A stretch of 25,671 nt of DNA from Candidatus Zixiibacteriota bacterium (lineage in GTDB: Bacteria; Zixibacteria; MSB-5A5; GN15; JAAZOE01). The position numbers and the translations under genes are program-made. Every line of letters starts with the position of its first letter. Position 1 is the stretch's first letter. The notes beneath the pieces are model-generated. The model was not told the origin of the DNA, made no database searches, and saw nothing but the letters and a program-made list of their open reading frames with translations. Location of the stretch: NCBI GenBank assembly GCA_043819555.1, contig JBDREQ010000032.1, positions 1 to 25,671 on the forward strand, in the 5' to 3' direction. Below are positions 8,594 to 16,671 of the stretch, piece by piece.

Positions 8594-9007
8594 ATGGAAC
8601 AGGCTGCTGATATTAAAACCCTGGTCGTATTTGCCGCCACGGGCCGCAGAAAAGAATCGGTTTGCCGCGTCGATCTAAAACCCGGCAAAGGCCAGATTTT
8701 AATTAATGGCAAAGAGAAAAAAACCTATCTGTGCCGCGACTCGCTCATCGAACATGTCCTGGAACCTCTTGATAAAGTGGAAATGACTGGTAAGTTAGAT
8801 ATTACTGCCAGTGTTAAAGGTGGTGGTTTGACTGGCCAGGCGGGAGCGATAAGGTTGGCCGTTGCTCGGGCTTTAATAATTTATGATCCGTCGCTGCGGG
8901 ACGATTTGAAAAAGGGCGGTTTTTTAACTGTTGACGCCCGTAAGGTCGAAAGAAAAAAGTATGGACAGCCGAAAGCGCGGAAGCGCTTCCAGTTCTCCAA
9001 GCGTTAA
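8594..9007 (+). CDS. rpsI: 30S ribosomal protein S9
   Basis: TGRRK, GGGLTGQAGAIRLA, ERKKYG..KARKRFQFSKR. Confidence 0.97.
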   Translation: MEQAADIKTLVVFAATGRRKESVCRVDLKPGKGQILINGKEKKTYLCRDSLIEHVLEPLDKVEMTGKLDITASVKGGGLTGQAGAIRLAVARALIIYDPSLRDDLKKGGFLTVDARKVERKKYGQPKARKRFQFSKR

Positions 9008-9021
9008 TAAATTAAAATAAT

Positions 9022-9084
9022 CACACTTCCGGACTTTATCGGGAGGTCCGCACTATGCGGCCTGATGAGGGATGAAGGAAGTGG
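9022..9084 (+). promoter_or_regulatory. rpsB leader RNA (t44/S2 autoregulatory-like structure)
   Basis: CACTTCC (9024-9030) pairs with GGAAGTG (9077-9083), CTTTATCGGG pairs with CCTGATGAGG, AGGT bulge, apical CCGCA-cta-TGCGG. Directly upstream of rpsB. Confidence 0.7.
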
Positions 9085-9109
9085 TCGATAAAACCGGAAA
9101 GGCCTATCA

Positions 9110-9928
9110 ATGATTGAATCACGCGTCAAGCGTTTACTTGAAGCCGGTGTCCACTTTGGGCATCAAACTCGGCGCTGGAATCCCAAAATGAAACCATTTA
9201 TATTTGCCGCCCGAAACGGCATTTATATTATTGATCTCAAAAAAACTCTTTCTGCCATAGACGAAGCCAAACGCAAGATTAAGGAAGTAGTCTCCAGCGG
9301 CCGGCCAATTTTGTTTGTCGGGACAAAAAAGCAGGCTCAAAATGTTATCCGCGAAGCCGGCGAAAGAGTAGGGGCGTTTTTTATCACAGATCGATGGCTG
9401 GGTGGTATGCTAACCAATTTTCATACTATCCGTGGCGGTATCAAACGGCTCAAGGCGATTGAAAAGATGAAAGAGGATGGCACGTTTGAAAAATTGACCA
9501 AAAAGGAAACCAGCCGACTGGAGCGGGAACAAAGCCGTTTGGACCGGGTTTTAGGCGGTATTCGTGATATGAATTCTCTTCCCGGCCTAGTCTATATCAT
9601 CGATTCCAAAAAAGAAAAAATCGCGGTGGCTGAAGCTGCCAAATTAAATATTCCAATTATAGCGATTGTCGATACCAACGCCGATCCCGAATTAATTGAC
9701 TTTCCGATCGCCGCCAATGACGATGCCATCAAATCTATTCGTGTAATTACAAATGAACTGGCTGATTGCATTGTGGCGGCTAAGCAGAATACGACACTTG
9801 AGGAGATGACGGCTGGCGATTTTACTCCCGAACAGGAAGTCCATGAAGCCACCCCGGCATCCGAAGTAAATACCGAAAGTAATGACGCTGTGCCAAATAC
9901 CGATGAAGACGCAGCTGAGATTTTATAG
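9110..9928 (+). CDS. rpsB: 30S ribosomal protein S2 with acidic C-terminal tail
   Basis: [53 protein letters not shown]. Confidence 0.98.
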   Translation: MIESRVKRLLEAGVHFGHQTRRWNPKMKPFIFAARNGIYIIDLKKTLSAIDEAKRKIKEVVSSGRPILFVGTKKQAQNVIREAGERVGAFFITDRWLGGMLTNFHTIRGGIKRLKAIEKMKEDGTFEKLTKKETSRLEREQSRLDRVLGGIRDMNSLPGLVYIIDSKKEKIAVAEAAKLNIPIIAIVDTNADPELIDFPIAANDDAIKSIRVITNELADCIVAAKQNTTLEEMTAGDFTPEQEVHEATPASEVNTESNDAVPNTDEDAAEIL

Positions 9929-9943
9929 AGGAGACACTACGAA

Positions 9944-10540
9944 ATGGCCGCAATTACAGCAGCAATGGTGAAGGAACTGCGTGATAAAACCGGCGCGGGT
10001 ATGATGGATTGTAAGAAAGCGTTGACCGACAGTAATGGCGATTTGGAAATGGCTGTCAAGAATCTCCGCGAAAAGGGAATCGCTTCAGCCACTAAAAAGG
10101 CAGGTCGTGTAACCGGCGAAGGTTTGATTTGCTCATATATTCATCCTGGTGATAAATTGGGAGTATTAGTCGAAATAAATTGCGAAACAGATTTTGTCGC
10201 CCGCACCGATGATTTTAAATCATTTACCAAAGATGTCGCCATGCAAATCGCGGCAGCAGATCCAAAAGTCGTCAGTCGGGAAGAAGTTACTCCGGAGTTG
10301 ATCGAGACTGAAAGAGAAATTTATAGAAATCAGGCTGAACGGGAAGGCAAACCGGAGAAAATTATCGATAAAATCGTCGATGGAAAAATGGATAAATTCT
10401 TTTCGGAAGCTTGTCTATTGGAGCAGGCCTTCGTAAAAGATAACGATAAGACTGTTTCGGATCTGATTACAGACACAATCTCAAAATTGGGCGAGAATAT
10501 TCAGATTCGTCGTTTTGTAAGATTTCGCCTGGGAGAATAA
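9944..10540 (+). CDS. tsf: Elongation factor Ts (short form)
   Basis: VKELRDKTGAGMMDCKKAL, EINCETDFVAR, RRFVRFRLGE. Confidence 0.97.
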   Translation: MAAITAAMVKELRDKTGAGMMDCKKALTDSNGDLEMAVKNLREKGIASATKKAGRVTGEGLICSYIHPGDKLGVLVEINCETDFVARTDDFKSFTKDVAMQIAAADPKVVSREEVTPELIETEREIYRNQAEREGKPEKIIDKIVDGKMDKFFSEACLLEQAFVKDNDKTVSDLITDTISKLGENIQIRRFVRFRLGE

Positions 10541-10543
10541 TCA

Positions 10544-11260
10544 ATGGGGGATGATCCCCATTATAAACGAATTATTCTGAAACTATCAGGAGAAAGCCTG
10601 ATGGGCGATAGTCCCTATGGTATTGATCCGGGGACCGTGAAGAAAATTTGTCTTGAGCTCCAAAAGTTATCTCAAGCAAAAATTGAAATTGGAATCGTCA
10701 TTGGGGCGGGAAATATCTTCCGCGGCCTCAAAGCCTCTCAAAATGGCATGGATCGAGTTACGGCCGATTACATGGGAATGATGGCGACGGTCCTGAATTC
10801 CATGGCTCTCAAGGATGGTCTGAATCAAATTGGCGTCTCCGCCCGGGTAATGTCGGCCTTGAGAATGGATACCATTGCCGAGTTTTATATTCGCGATAAA
10901 GCCATCGGTCACATTGAGCAAGGCCGGATCGTAATTCTCGCCGCCGGAACCGGAAATCCGTTTTTCACTACCGATACTGCCGCGGCATTGCGAGCCGTAG
11001 AACTCAATGCCGAAGTTGTTTTGAAGGGAACGCGCGTTGATGGCGTTTATAGCGGTGATCCGGAGAAAGATGCCTCGGTGGAATTATATTCCGATATATC
11101 TTACAATGATGTTTTGACTCGGCGTTTGAAAGTCATGGACGCGACGGCTATCGCCTTATGCCGTGAAAATAATGTACCAATTCTGGTTTTTAATATGACC
11201 AAAGAGGGTAATCTCTCTAAGGCCGGAATGGGCGATAAAATTGGAACTTTGGTTCAATAA
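10544..11260 (+). CDS. pyrH: UMP kinase
   Basis: LKLSGE, GNIFRG, DYMGMMATV, GTGNPFFTTDTAAALRA, KVMDATA. Confidence 0.97.
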   Translation: MGDDPHYKRIILKLSGESLMGDSPYGIDPGTVKKICLELQKLSQAKIEIGIVIGAGNIFRGLKASQNGMDRVTADYMGMMATVLNSMALKDGLNQIGVSARVMSALRMDTIAEFYIRDKAIGHIEQGRIVILAAGTGNPFFTTDTAAALRAVELNAEVVLKGTRVDGVYSGDPEKDASVELYSDISYNDVLTRRLKVMDATAIALCRENNVPILVFNMTKEGNLSKAGMGDKIGTLVQ

Positions 11261-11275
11261 TTGGGAGTCTTCATT

Positions 11276-11833
11276 ATGTTGAATGAAATTCAGTCTGATG
11301 CGGAAAACCGTATGAAAAAAACTATCGAAGCGGTCAAAAGCGATCTATCCGGTATACGTTCCGGAAAGGCGACCCCGGCGCTGCTCGATAGCGTCAAGGT
11401 TGAGGCTTATGGACAAATGACGCCTCTAAATCAATTGGCGTCAATTTCGGTTCCCGACCCCAAAAGCCTCTTAGTTCAGCCTTGGGATAAAAGTATTATC
11501 GGCAGTGTGGTTAAAGCGATCCAAACCGCCGAGCTTGGATTTAATCCTCAGGCCGAAAGCAATTTGATACGAATACCCATTCCTCCTTTGTCCGAAGAAA
11601 GGCGCGGGGAATTGGTCAAGCTTTGTAAAAGGATGGCGGAGGAAGGCCGAGTCGCGATTAGAAATATTCGCCGTGATTCCAATGATAAGCTTAAGAAAGC
11701 CGAGAAAGATAAAAAGGTTTCAGAAGATCAAATGCATGATGGTATCGATAATATTCAAAAGGCGACGGATAAATACATCAAAGAAATTGACGTTGTGGTT
11801 GATGCCAAGGAAAAAGATATTATGTCCGTCTGA
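11276..11833 (+). CDS. frr: Ribosome recycling factor
   Basis: IRSGKATPALLD..AYG, PPLSEERR, RVAIRNIRRD. Start at ATG 11276 after GGGAG. Confidence 0.96.
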   Translation: MLNEIQSDAENRMKKTIEAVKSDLSGIRSGKATPALLDSVKVEAYGQMTPLNQLASISVPDPKSLLVQPWDKSIIGSVVKAIQTAELGFNPQAESNLIRIPIPPLSEERRGELVKLCKRMAEEGRVAIRNIRRDSNDKLKKAEKDKKVSEDQMHDGIDNIQKATDKYIKEIDVVVDAKEKDIMSV

Positions 11834-11955
11834 AATTGTCGGATAATTGAGATTAATAATTCTTGGAATATATTCAGGGGCTGCAAATAACTCAAATATT
11901 GAATAGTCTTGCGGCGTCTTATAGATAGGAATCTTAGAGGTAAGGAGAATAATCG

Positions 11956-12621
11956 ATGAGACGTTTTTTAATAATTGCTTTGTGCCTTGTCCTGCTGGCA
12001 AGTATCTGGGGATGCGGACTTAAGAAAAAATACCAGGGCGCCTTGATCGGTGCTGGCGCCGGTGCGGCGGCCGGAGCGGTTATCGGAGATAAAGCCGGCA
12101 ATACCGCCGTCGGCGCAATTATTGGCGCGGCGATTGGCGGCGCGGCCGGAGCATACATCGGAAATTATATGGATAAACAGGCTGAAGAAATCGAGCGCGA
12201 TCTTGAAGGCGCCACCGTGGAAAGAATCGGCGAAGGGATTAAAATAACTTTTAATTCGGGAATTTTGTTTGATGTTAATTCATCTTCTTTGAGGTCCGAA
12301 GCCAAAACAAATTTGGAAAAATTGGCGGTAATCCTGAATAAATATGAAGATACCGAAGTTCTGATTGAGGGCCATACCGATTCGACCGGACCGGCCGAAC
12401 ATAATATGGATCTTTCATTGCGTCGGTCTCAATCAGTTGCCAATCTGTTGACTGGCAAACAGGTTATCGCCACACGGTTCCATATAATGGGATACGGTGA
12501 AGATCAGCCGGTGGCGGATAATTCCACGTCCGTTGGCCGCCAGGCAAATCGGCGAGTCGATATTGCCATTTTTGCCAATGATAAACTTAAAGGCGTAGCC
12601 AAGAATAAGGTCGATGGATAA
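11956..12621 (+). CDS. OmpA-family lipoprotein with glycine-zipper (YiaD-like)
   Basis: Lipobox IWGC, GAxxGAxxG zipper, OmpA C-terminal motifs EGHTDSTG, LSLRRSQSV, GYGEDQP, NRRVDI. Confidence 0.9.
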   Translation: MRRFLIIALCLVLLASIWGCGLKKKYQGALIGAGAGAAAGAVIGDKAGNTAVGAIIGAAIGGAAGAYIGNYMDKQAEEIERDLEGATVERIGEGIKITFNSGILFDVNSSSLRSEAKTNLEKLAVILNKYEDTEVLIEGHTDSTGPAEHNMDLSLRRSQSVANLLTGKQVIATRFHIMGYGEDQPVADNSTSVGRQANRRVDIAIFANDKLKGVAKNKVDG

Positions 12622-12655
12622 GTCTTTTTGCCTGCCTATCAGATAATCATTATAG

Positions 12656-12685
12656 AAAAAACCCGCTTGAGAGAGCGGGTTTTTT
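12656..12685. terminator. Bidirectional intrinsic terminator
   Basis: AAAAAACCCGCT-tgagag-AGCGGGTTTTTT between convergent ompA-like and CBS genes. Confidence 0.9.
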
Positions 12686-12706
12686 AAAATCTATTTATTC
12701 CTGAAA

Positions 12707-13162
12707 TTATTCCTCTGAAATTAAATGAGCCCGGCCAGTTATATATTCGCGCAGGTGTCTGTTTTCAACTTCGACCTGATTCAGGCGAACCTTGACGATA
12801 TCTCCGATAGAGATAATGCCGCACAGATTGCTTTCGCTGTCAATTATCGGGATATGGCGAATGCGGTTCTGGGTAATTAAGCCCGCGATGTAATCCAGAT
12901 CATCTTCAGGGACGCCGATTATTAAATCGGTGGACATAAAATCTTTAATTTTCTTTCCTTCAATATCGCAGTTGAATTTATTCATCATTCTCATTAAATC
13001 ACGTTCGGTTATTATACCGGAAACGGATTGGGAATCATCCAAAACGACGAGCGATCCGATCTTATGTTTATTTAGGGCTTTCATCGCCTCGCCGACGGTC
13101 AAATTCTCATTTATCGTCAGGGGATGTTTATGAAAATCGTCTAAAATATCTTTTACCTGCAT
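12707..13162 (-). CDS. Tandem CBS-domain protein
   Basis: HKIGSLVV..GIITERD and RIRHIPII..GIISIGDIVK, AAGGAGG SD. Confidence 0.9.
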   Translation of the reverse strand: MQVKDILDDFHKHPLTINENLTVGEAMKALNKHKIGSLVVLDDSQSVSGIITERDLMRMMNKFNCDIEGKKIKDFMSTDLIIGVPEDDLDYIAGLITQNRIRHIPIIDSESNLCGIISIGDIVKVRLNQVEVENRHLREYITGRAHLISEE

Positions 13163-13278
13163 GAGACCTCCTTATCACCTCTGATGGGTATAACTTATAC
13201 GCAGCTCATATTGTTCCATTGAAAAATAATGAGAAAAGAGGCAGCCGCATAAAAAAATAGAATGACAAGAAATTAGTC

Positions 13279-13307
13279 TTGCCCAAAGCATTTTCGATTC
13301 GTAGAAT
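13279..13307 (+). promoter_or_regulatory. sigma70 promoter, probably producing a leaderless uppS transcript
   Basis: TTGCCC-17 nt-TAGAAT, 6 nt before ATG 13314, no SD. Confidence 0.6.
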
Positions 13308-13313
13308 AGGCTA

Positions 13314-14063
13314 ATGTCTGAAGATATAAAACACCTAATTGAAGAGATCAAGTCTGGCGGGAAATGTCCCGGTCATGTCGCCATTATTATGGACGGCAAC
13401 GGCCGCTGGGCCAACGGGCGGGGGCTGAAACGCACCGAAGGCCATGTTGCCGGTGTAAAAGCGGTTCGGAAAGTGGTCGAGATTGCTTCGGAAATTGGGG
13501 TTAATTATCTTACACTTTATACTTTTTCGATTGAAAACTGGAATCGACCCAAAGATGAGGTCGCTTCATTGATGCAGCTTCTGTCAAGGACAACCTTGCA
13601 GGAGCTTGATGATTTAATGAAAAATAATGTTCGGCTGATAGCAACAGGGCGGATTGAAGAATTACCTCTGGCCAGAAAAAAAGTTCTTAAATCGGCTATT
13701 AAGAAAACATCAAAAAATACCGGATTAACCCTCAATCTGGCTTTAAATTACGGCGGCCGGACCGAAATTATAGATGCCGTTAGAAATATAGCCGACGATA
13801 TTCAAAACGGCGAATTAACTTCTGGCGAGATTGATGAAAAACGATTCGCCTCATATCTTTATACCGCCGATTTGCCTGACCCGGATTTGCTAATCAGAAC
13901 TTCGGGAGAAATGAGGTTATCCAATTTCCTCATCTGGCAGACATCATATACGGAAATATATATTACCGACACGCTATGGCCCGATTTCGATAAGTTTGAT
14001 TTCCTGATGGCTGTTAAGGAATATATCAAAAGGGACCGGCGCTTCGGCCGGGTAAATTCCTGA
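13314..14063 (+). CDS. uppS: Undecaprenyl diphosphate synthase (cis-prenyltransferase)
   Basis: HVAIIMDGNGRWA, FSIENWNRP, DLLIRTSGEMRLSNFLIWQ, RDRRFG. Confidence 0.96.
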   Translation: MSEDIKHLIEEIKSGGKCPGHVAIIMDGNGRWANGRGLKRTEGHVAGVKAVRKVVEIASEIGVNYLTLYTFSIENWNRPKDEVASLMQLLSRTTLQELDDLMKNNVRLIATGRIEELPLARKKVLKSAIKKTSKNTGLTLNLALNYGGRTEIIDAVRNIADDIQNGELTSGEIDEKRFASYLYTADLPDPDLLIRTSGEMRLSNFLIWQTSYTEIYITDTLWPDFDKFDFLMAVKEYIKRDRRFGRVNS

Positions 14064-14893
14064 TGGTTTCAAAAAATTTAATCCAGAGGATAATAGTCGC
14101 GACCATTGCCATTCCGGTAATATTGTTTCTTATTTTTCGCGGTGGAAATTGGTTCCTCTATTTCATATTGCTATTATCGGGAATCGGGATGGTCGAATAC
14201 TTGCGCGGAGGCAAATTACCGGCTGGATCGCCATGTTTTTATCTCCCCCTTTTAGGTGTGCTTACTTCTGTTTATTTAACCGCAACCGGCCACGCCTCGT
14301 TTGGATTGTACTGCCTTTTGGGAGTATTTTTGGTAATTGGAATTATCCTGGCGACCGGAAAAGATCCCGTAAAAAACCTGAATGATAAGCTAACCTATAT
14401 AGTCTGGGGCAGTTTTTATATTGGCCTGCTTTATCCTTACATTTACATGATTCGCGGTAATGCGGTTTGGATGGATCCACCTCCCGGACGCTGGTGGCTG
14501 TTTTTCCTGATGGGCTCATTGTGGGTGGGGGATACGGCGGCAATGTTTTTTGGCAAGCAATTCGGAAAACATCAACTCGCACCGGCAGTTTCACCCAATA
14601 AAACTATCGAAGGTTTTATTGGAGGATATATTGGCGTATTTTTGGTCGCCCTTATTTTTAAGATTTACTGGCTCACAGAAATTGAGATTATTCACTTTGT
14701 TATACTGTCGGTATTGATCGGAACGTTTGGGCAATTGGGCGATCTGGTTGAGTCGCTTTGGAAACGCTCGATAAATATTAAAGATTCTTCGGCAATAATC
14801 CCCGGTCATGGCGGAGTATTGGATCGATTCGATTCACTGCTCTTTGCCGCGCCGGTTGTATATTTATACCTGAAATATGTTATGAACCTGTAA
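14063..14893 (+). CDS. cdsA: Phosphatidate cytidylyltransferase
   Basis: DTAAMFFG, SPNKTIEG, GDLVESLWKR..IKDSS.IIPGHGGVLDRFDS. TGATG overlap with uppS. Confidence 0.95.
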   Translation: MVSKNLIQRIIVATIAIPVILFLIFRGGNWFLYFILLLSGIGMVEYLRGGKLPAGSPCFYLPLLGVLTSVYLTATGHASFGLYCLLGVFLVIGIILATGKDPVKNLNDKLTYIVWGSFYIGLLYPYIYMIRGNAVWMDPPPGRWWLFFLMGSLWVGDTAAMFFGKQFGKHQLAPAVSPNKTIEGFIGGYIGVFLVALIFKIYWLTEIEIIHFVILSVLIGTFGQLGDLVESLWKRSINIKDSSAIIPGHGGVLDRFDSLLFAAPVVYLYLKYVMNL

Positions 14894-15804
14894 TGGTTGT
14901 GAAGATTCTTGATTTTATATTCATGAGCCGTCCCATGCTCCTCATTCCGGTTTGGACGGTATATCTCCATTATCTCTCAGACTGCACTGTTTCCGGATAC
15001 GGAAATGCCTCTATTAATTTGCAATTTATCTGGCAGCTGATTGTGTTGGGCCTTGTTTTTGCCGGTACTTATATCATCAACCAAATTTTCGATATCGAAT
15101 CGGATCGCGCGAATAATAAATTGTTTTTTCTCCCAGGGGGGATTATATCGATAGAGGCCGCCTGGATTTATTATGGATTATTAACTGCGGCAGGATTGGG
15201 TTTCGCCTATTTCATTTCACGACATACGTTTTATGTGGCTCTCTACATCGTCATTTTGGGAATTATGTACTCGGCTCCGCGCATCAGGCTGAAAGATAAT
15301 CTTTTCGGAGGTCTACTCGCGAATGCCGTTGCCTATGGATTTCTTATTCCTTTTATGATTGGACTATTTTGCGCTGGCAGATTACCGGCTTTATCGAGTA
15401 TTCCGTATTTTCTGGCCATAGCGACCGGATATATATTGACGACCCTGCCCGATTATGAAGGCGATGTGATATCAAATAAGCTTACTGTGGCCGTTGTTTT
15501 AGGCGAAAGAGGAGCTTTGATATTGGCTTTATTATCGGCTCTTGCGACCGGAGTAATTTCTTATCTTATCAGTAATTATGAGATGACGATAGTCGCCGGA
15601 ATAACTTCATTGTTAGTCGCGATTCTCCTCTTCAGACAAAATAAGTCGCTGCTCCTATTTACCTGCAAGTTTCCTATCCTGTTATTAACTCTCTTGGCTG
15701 GCGCTCATTATCCGTTCTATCTCGCGTTTCTTTTGTTGACAATCACTTTGACAAGATTCTATTATAAGAAACGATTTGATATCATTTATCCGAAACTGAG
15801 TTGA
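14893..15804 (+). CDS. UbiA-superfamily membrane prenyltransferase
   Basis: N-terminal SRP, Asp-rich motifs NQIFDIESD and LPDYEGD, YSAP.IRLK, multiple TM helices. TAATG overlap with cdsA. Confidence 0.85.
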   Translation: MVVKILDFIFMSRPMLLIPVWTVYLHYLSDCTVSGYGNASINLQFIWQLIVLGLVFAGTYIINQIFDIESDRANNKLFFLPGGIISIEAAWIYYGLLTAAGLGFAYFISRHTFYVALYIVILGIMYSAPRIRLKDNLFGGLLANAVAYGFLIPFMIGLFCAGRLPALSSIPYFLAIATGYILTTLPDYEGDVISNKLTVAVVLGERGALILALLSALATGVISYLISNYEMTIVAGITSLLVAILLFRQNKSLLLFTCKFPILLLTLLAGAHYPFYLAFLLLTITLTRFYYKKRFDIIYPKLS

Positions 15805-15808
15805 TAAT

Positions 15809-16321
15809 ATGAAACGTTTATCATTTTTAATTCTTATTGTTACGATTTTAATCGGATGTCAGGGGACTCCCCGTTACGGCGGCGGAAGGCATACCTCCGA
15901 AGGCGAAGCCCAGGCCAAAGTCAAACAAACCAAAGCCAAAAATTATGCCGTCGATCCGATTGCCATGGGCAATATTATCGACCGCTACCTGGGCAAACCA
16001 TACGCTGGCCGCAGTGCAAGCGAGCGGGGATATGATTGCTCAGAATTTGTCGGAGCTATTTATCTCGATTACAATTCAGTTCATCTGCCTCGTTCGACCG
16101 ACAAGCTTTGGAAAGCCGGCCGCATCGTCGAAGGCGGCGATGTTTTCTTTGGCGATCTGGTTTTCTTCGATACCGGGGGAAAAGGAGTATCACACGTCGG
16201 TATTTATATTGGATTCGATGAGTTCGTTCATGCTTCGAGTTCCAATGGTATTATTATTTCTAATATAACTGAAAAATACTGGAAAAAACGATTCCTCGGC
16301 GCCCGAAGAGTGGTGGAGTAA
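15809..16321 (+). CDS. NlpC/P60 (C40) peptidoglycan endopeptidase lipoprotein
   Basis: Lipobox LIGC, catalytic DCS, GDLVFF, SHVGIY, FVHASS. Confidence 0.9.
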   Translation: MKRLSFLILIVTILIGCQGTPRYGGGRHTSEGEAQAKVKQTKAKNYAVDPIAMGNIIDRYLGKPYAGRSASERGYDCSEFVGAIYLDYNSVHLPRSTDKLWKAGRIVEGGDVFFGDLVFFDTGGKGVSHVGIYIGFDEFVHASSSNGIIISNITEKYWKKRFLGARRVVE

Positions 16322-16458
16322 TTCCCTCGGAAACAATTCCTCGCCTTTGTAATTGAGAAATTCATCATTAATTACTCAAATCTGTTTTTCGATTAATTTT
16401 CGCCAATGTGAGTAATGTGTGTGCGATAAAAAGTGAAAAACAAAATGCCCACATTCTC

Positions 16459-16485
16459 TAAATTTTCGACGCTTTTTTCCGATAA
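16459..16485 (+). promoter_or_regulatory. sigma28 (FliA/SigD)-type promoter motif
   Basis: TAAA-15 nt-TCCGATAA versus consensus TAAA-N15-GCCGATAA. Confidence 0.5.
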
Positions 16486-16491
16486 ATATAA

Positions 16492-16604
16492 AGATTGAAT
16501 TATATCGCGCAGGTAACAGGAAATTTAGTTTTCCAAAAGCTATGTCCATGTTGCTCTTCCTTTGAAATAGCCCGGCCAACAACCCACCTGGCCGGGCTTT
16601 TCTT
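16492..16604 (+). ncRNA. Candidate ~110-nt small RNA
   Basis: Lies between the sigma28-like motif and a strong terminator, with no SD-supported ORF. Confidence 0.4.
16569..16604 (+). terminator. Intrinsic terminator
   Basis: AGCCCGGCCA-acaacccacc-TGGCCGGGCT-TTTCTT (perfect 10-bp stem). Confidence 0.85.
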
Positions 16605-16671
16605 ATCGGTGAATGTTAGTGAATAAAAAATTCTGGCACTCGTTACAATTTTTTTCGTTATTAATTGCGGT

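Noticed and set aside
9062..9100. CTGATGA...GAAA hammerhead-like core
   Set aside because: No stem II closing pair before GAAA, and the sequence is better explained as the rpsB leader stem.
10690..10725. GAGN instead of the common GGGN in PyrH
   Set aside because: Single conservative change with all other motifs intact.
11934..12158. Ala/Pro-rich minus-strand ORF
   Set aside because: Antisense shadow of the glycine zipper of the OmpA lipoprotein.
7950..12685. Identical AAAAAACCCGC/GCGGGTTTTTT arms at two sites as a dispersed repeat
   Set aside because: Ordinary intrinsic terminators with a common stem composition.
16633..16648. CTGGCAC as a sigma54 -24 box upstream of uvrC
   Set aside because: No TTGC at the -12 position.
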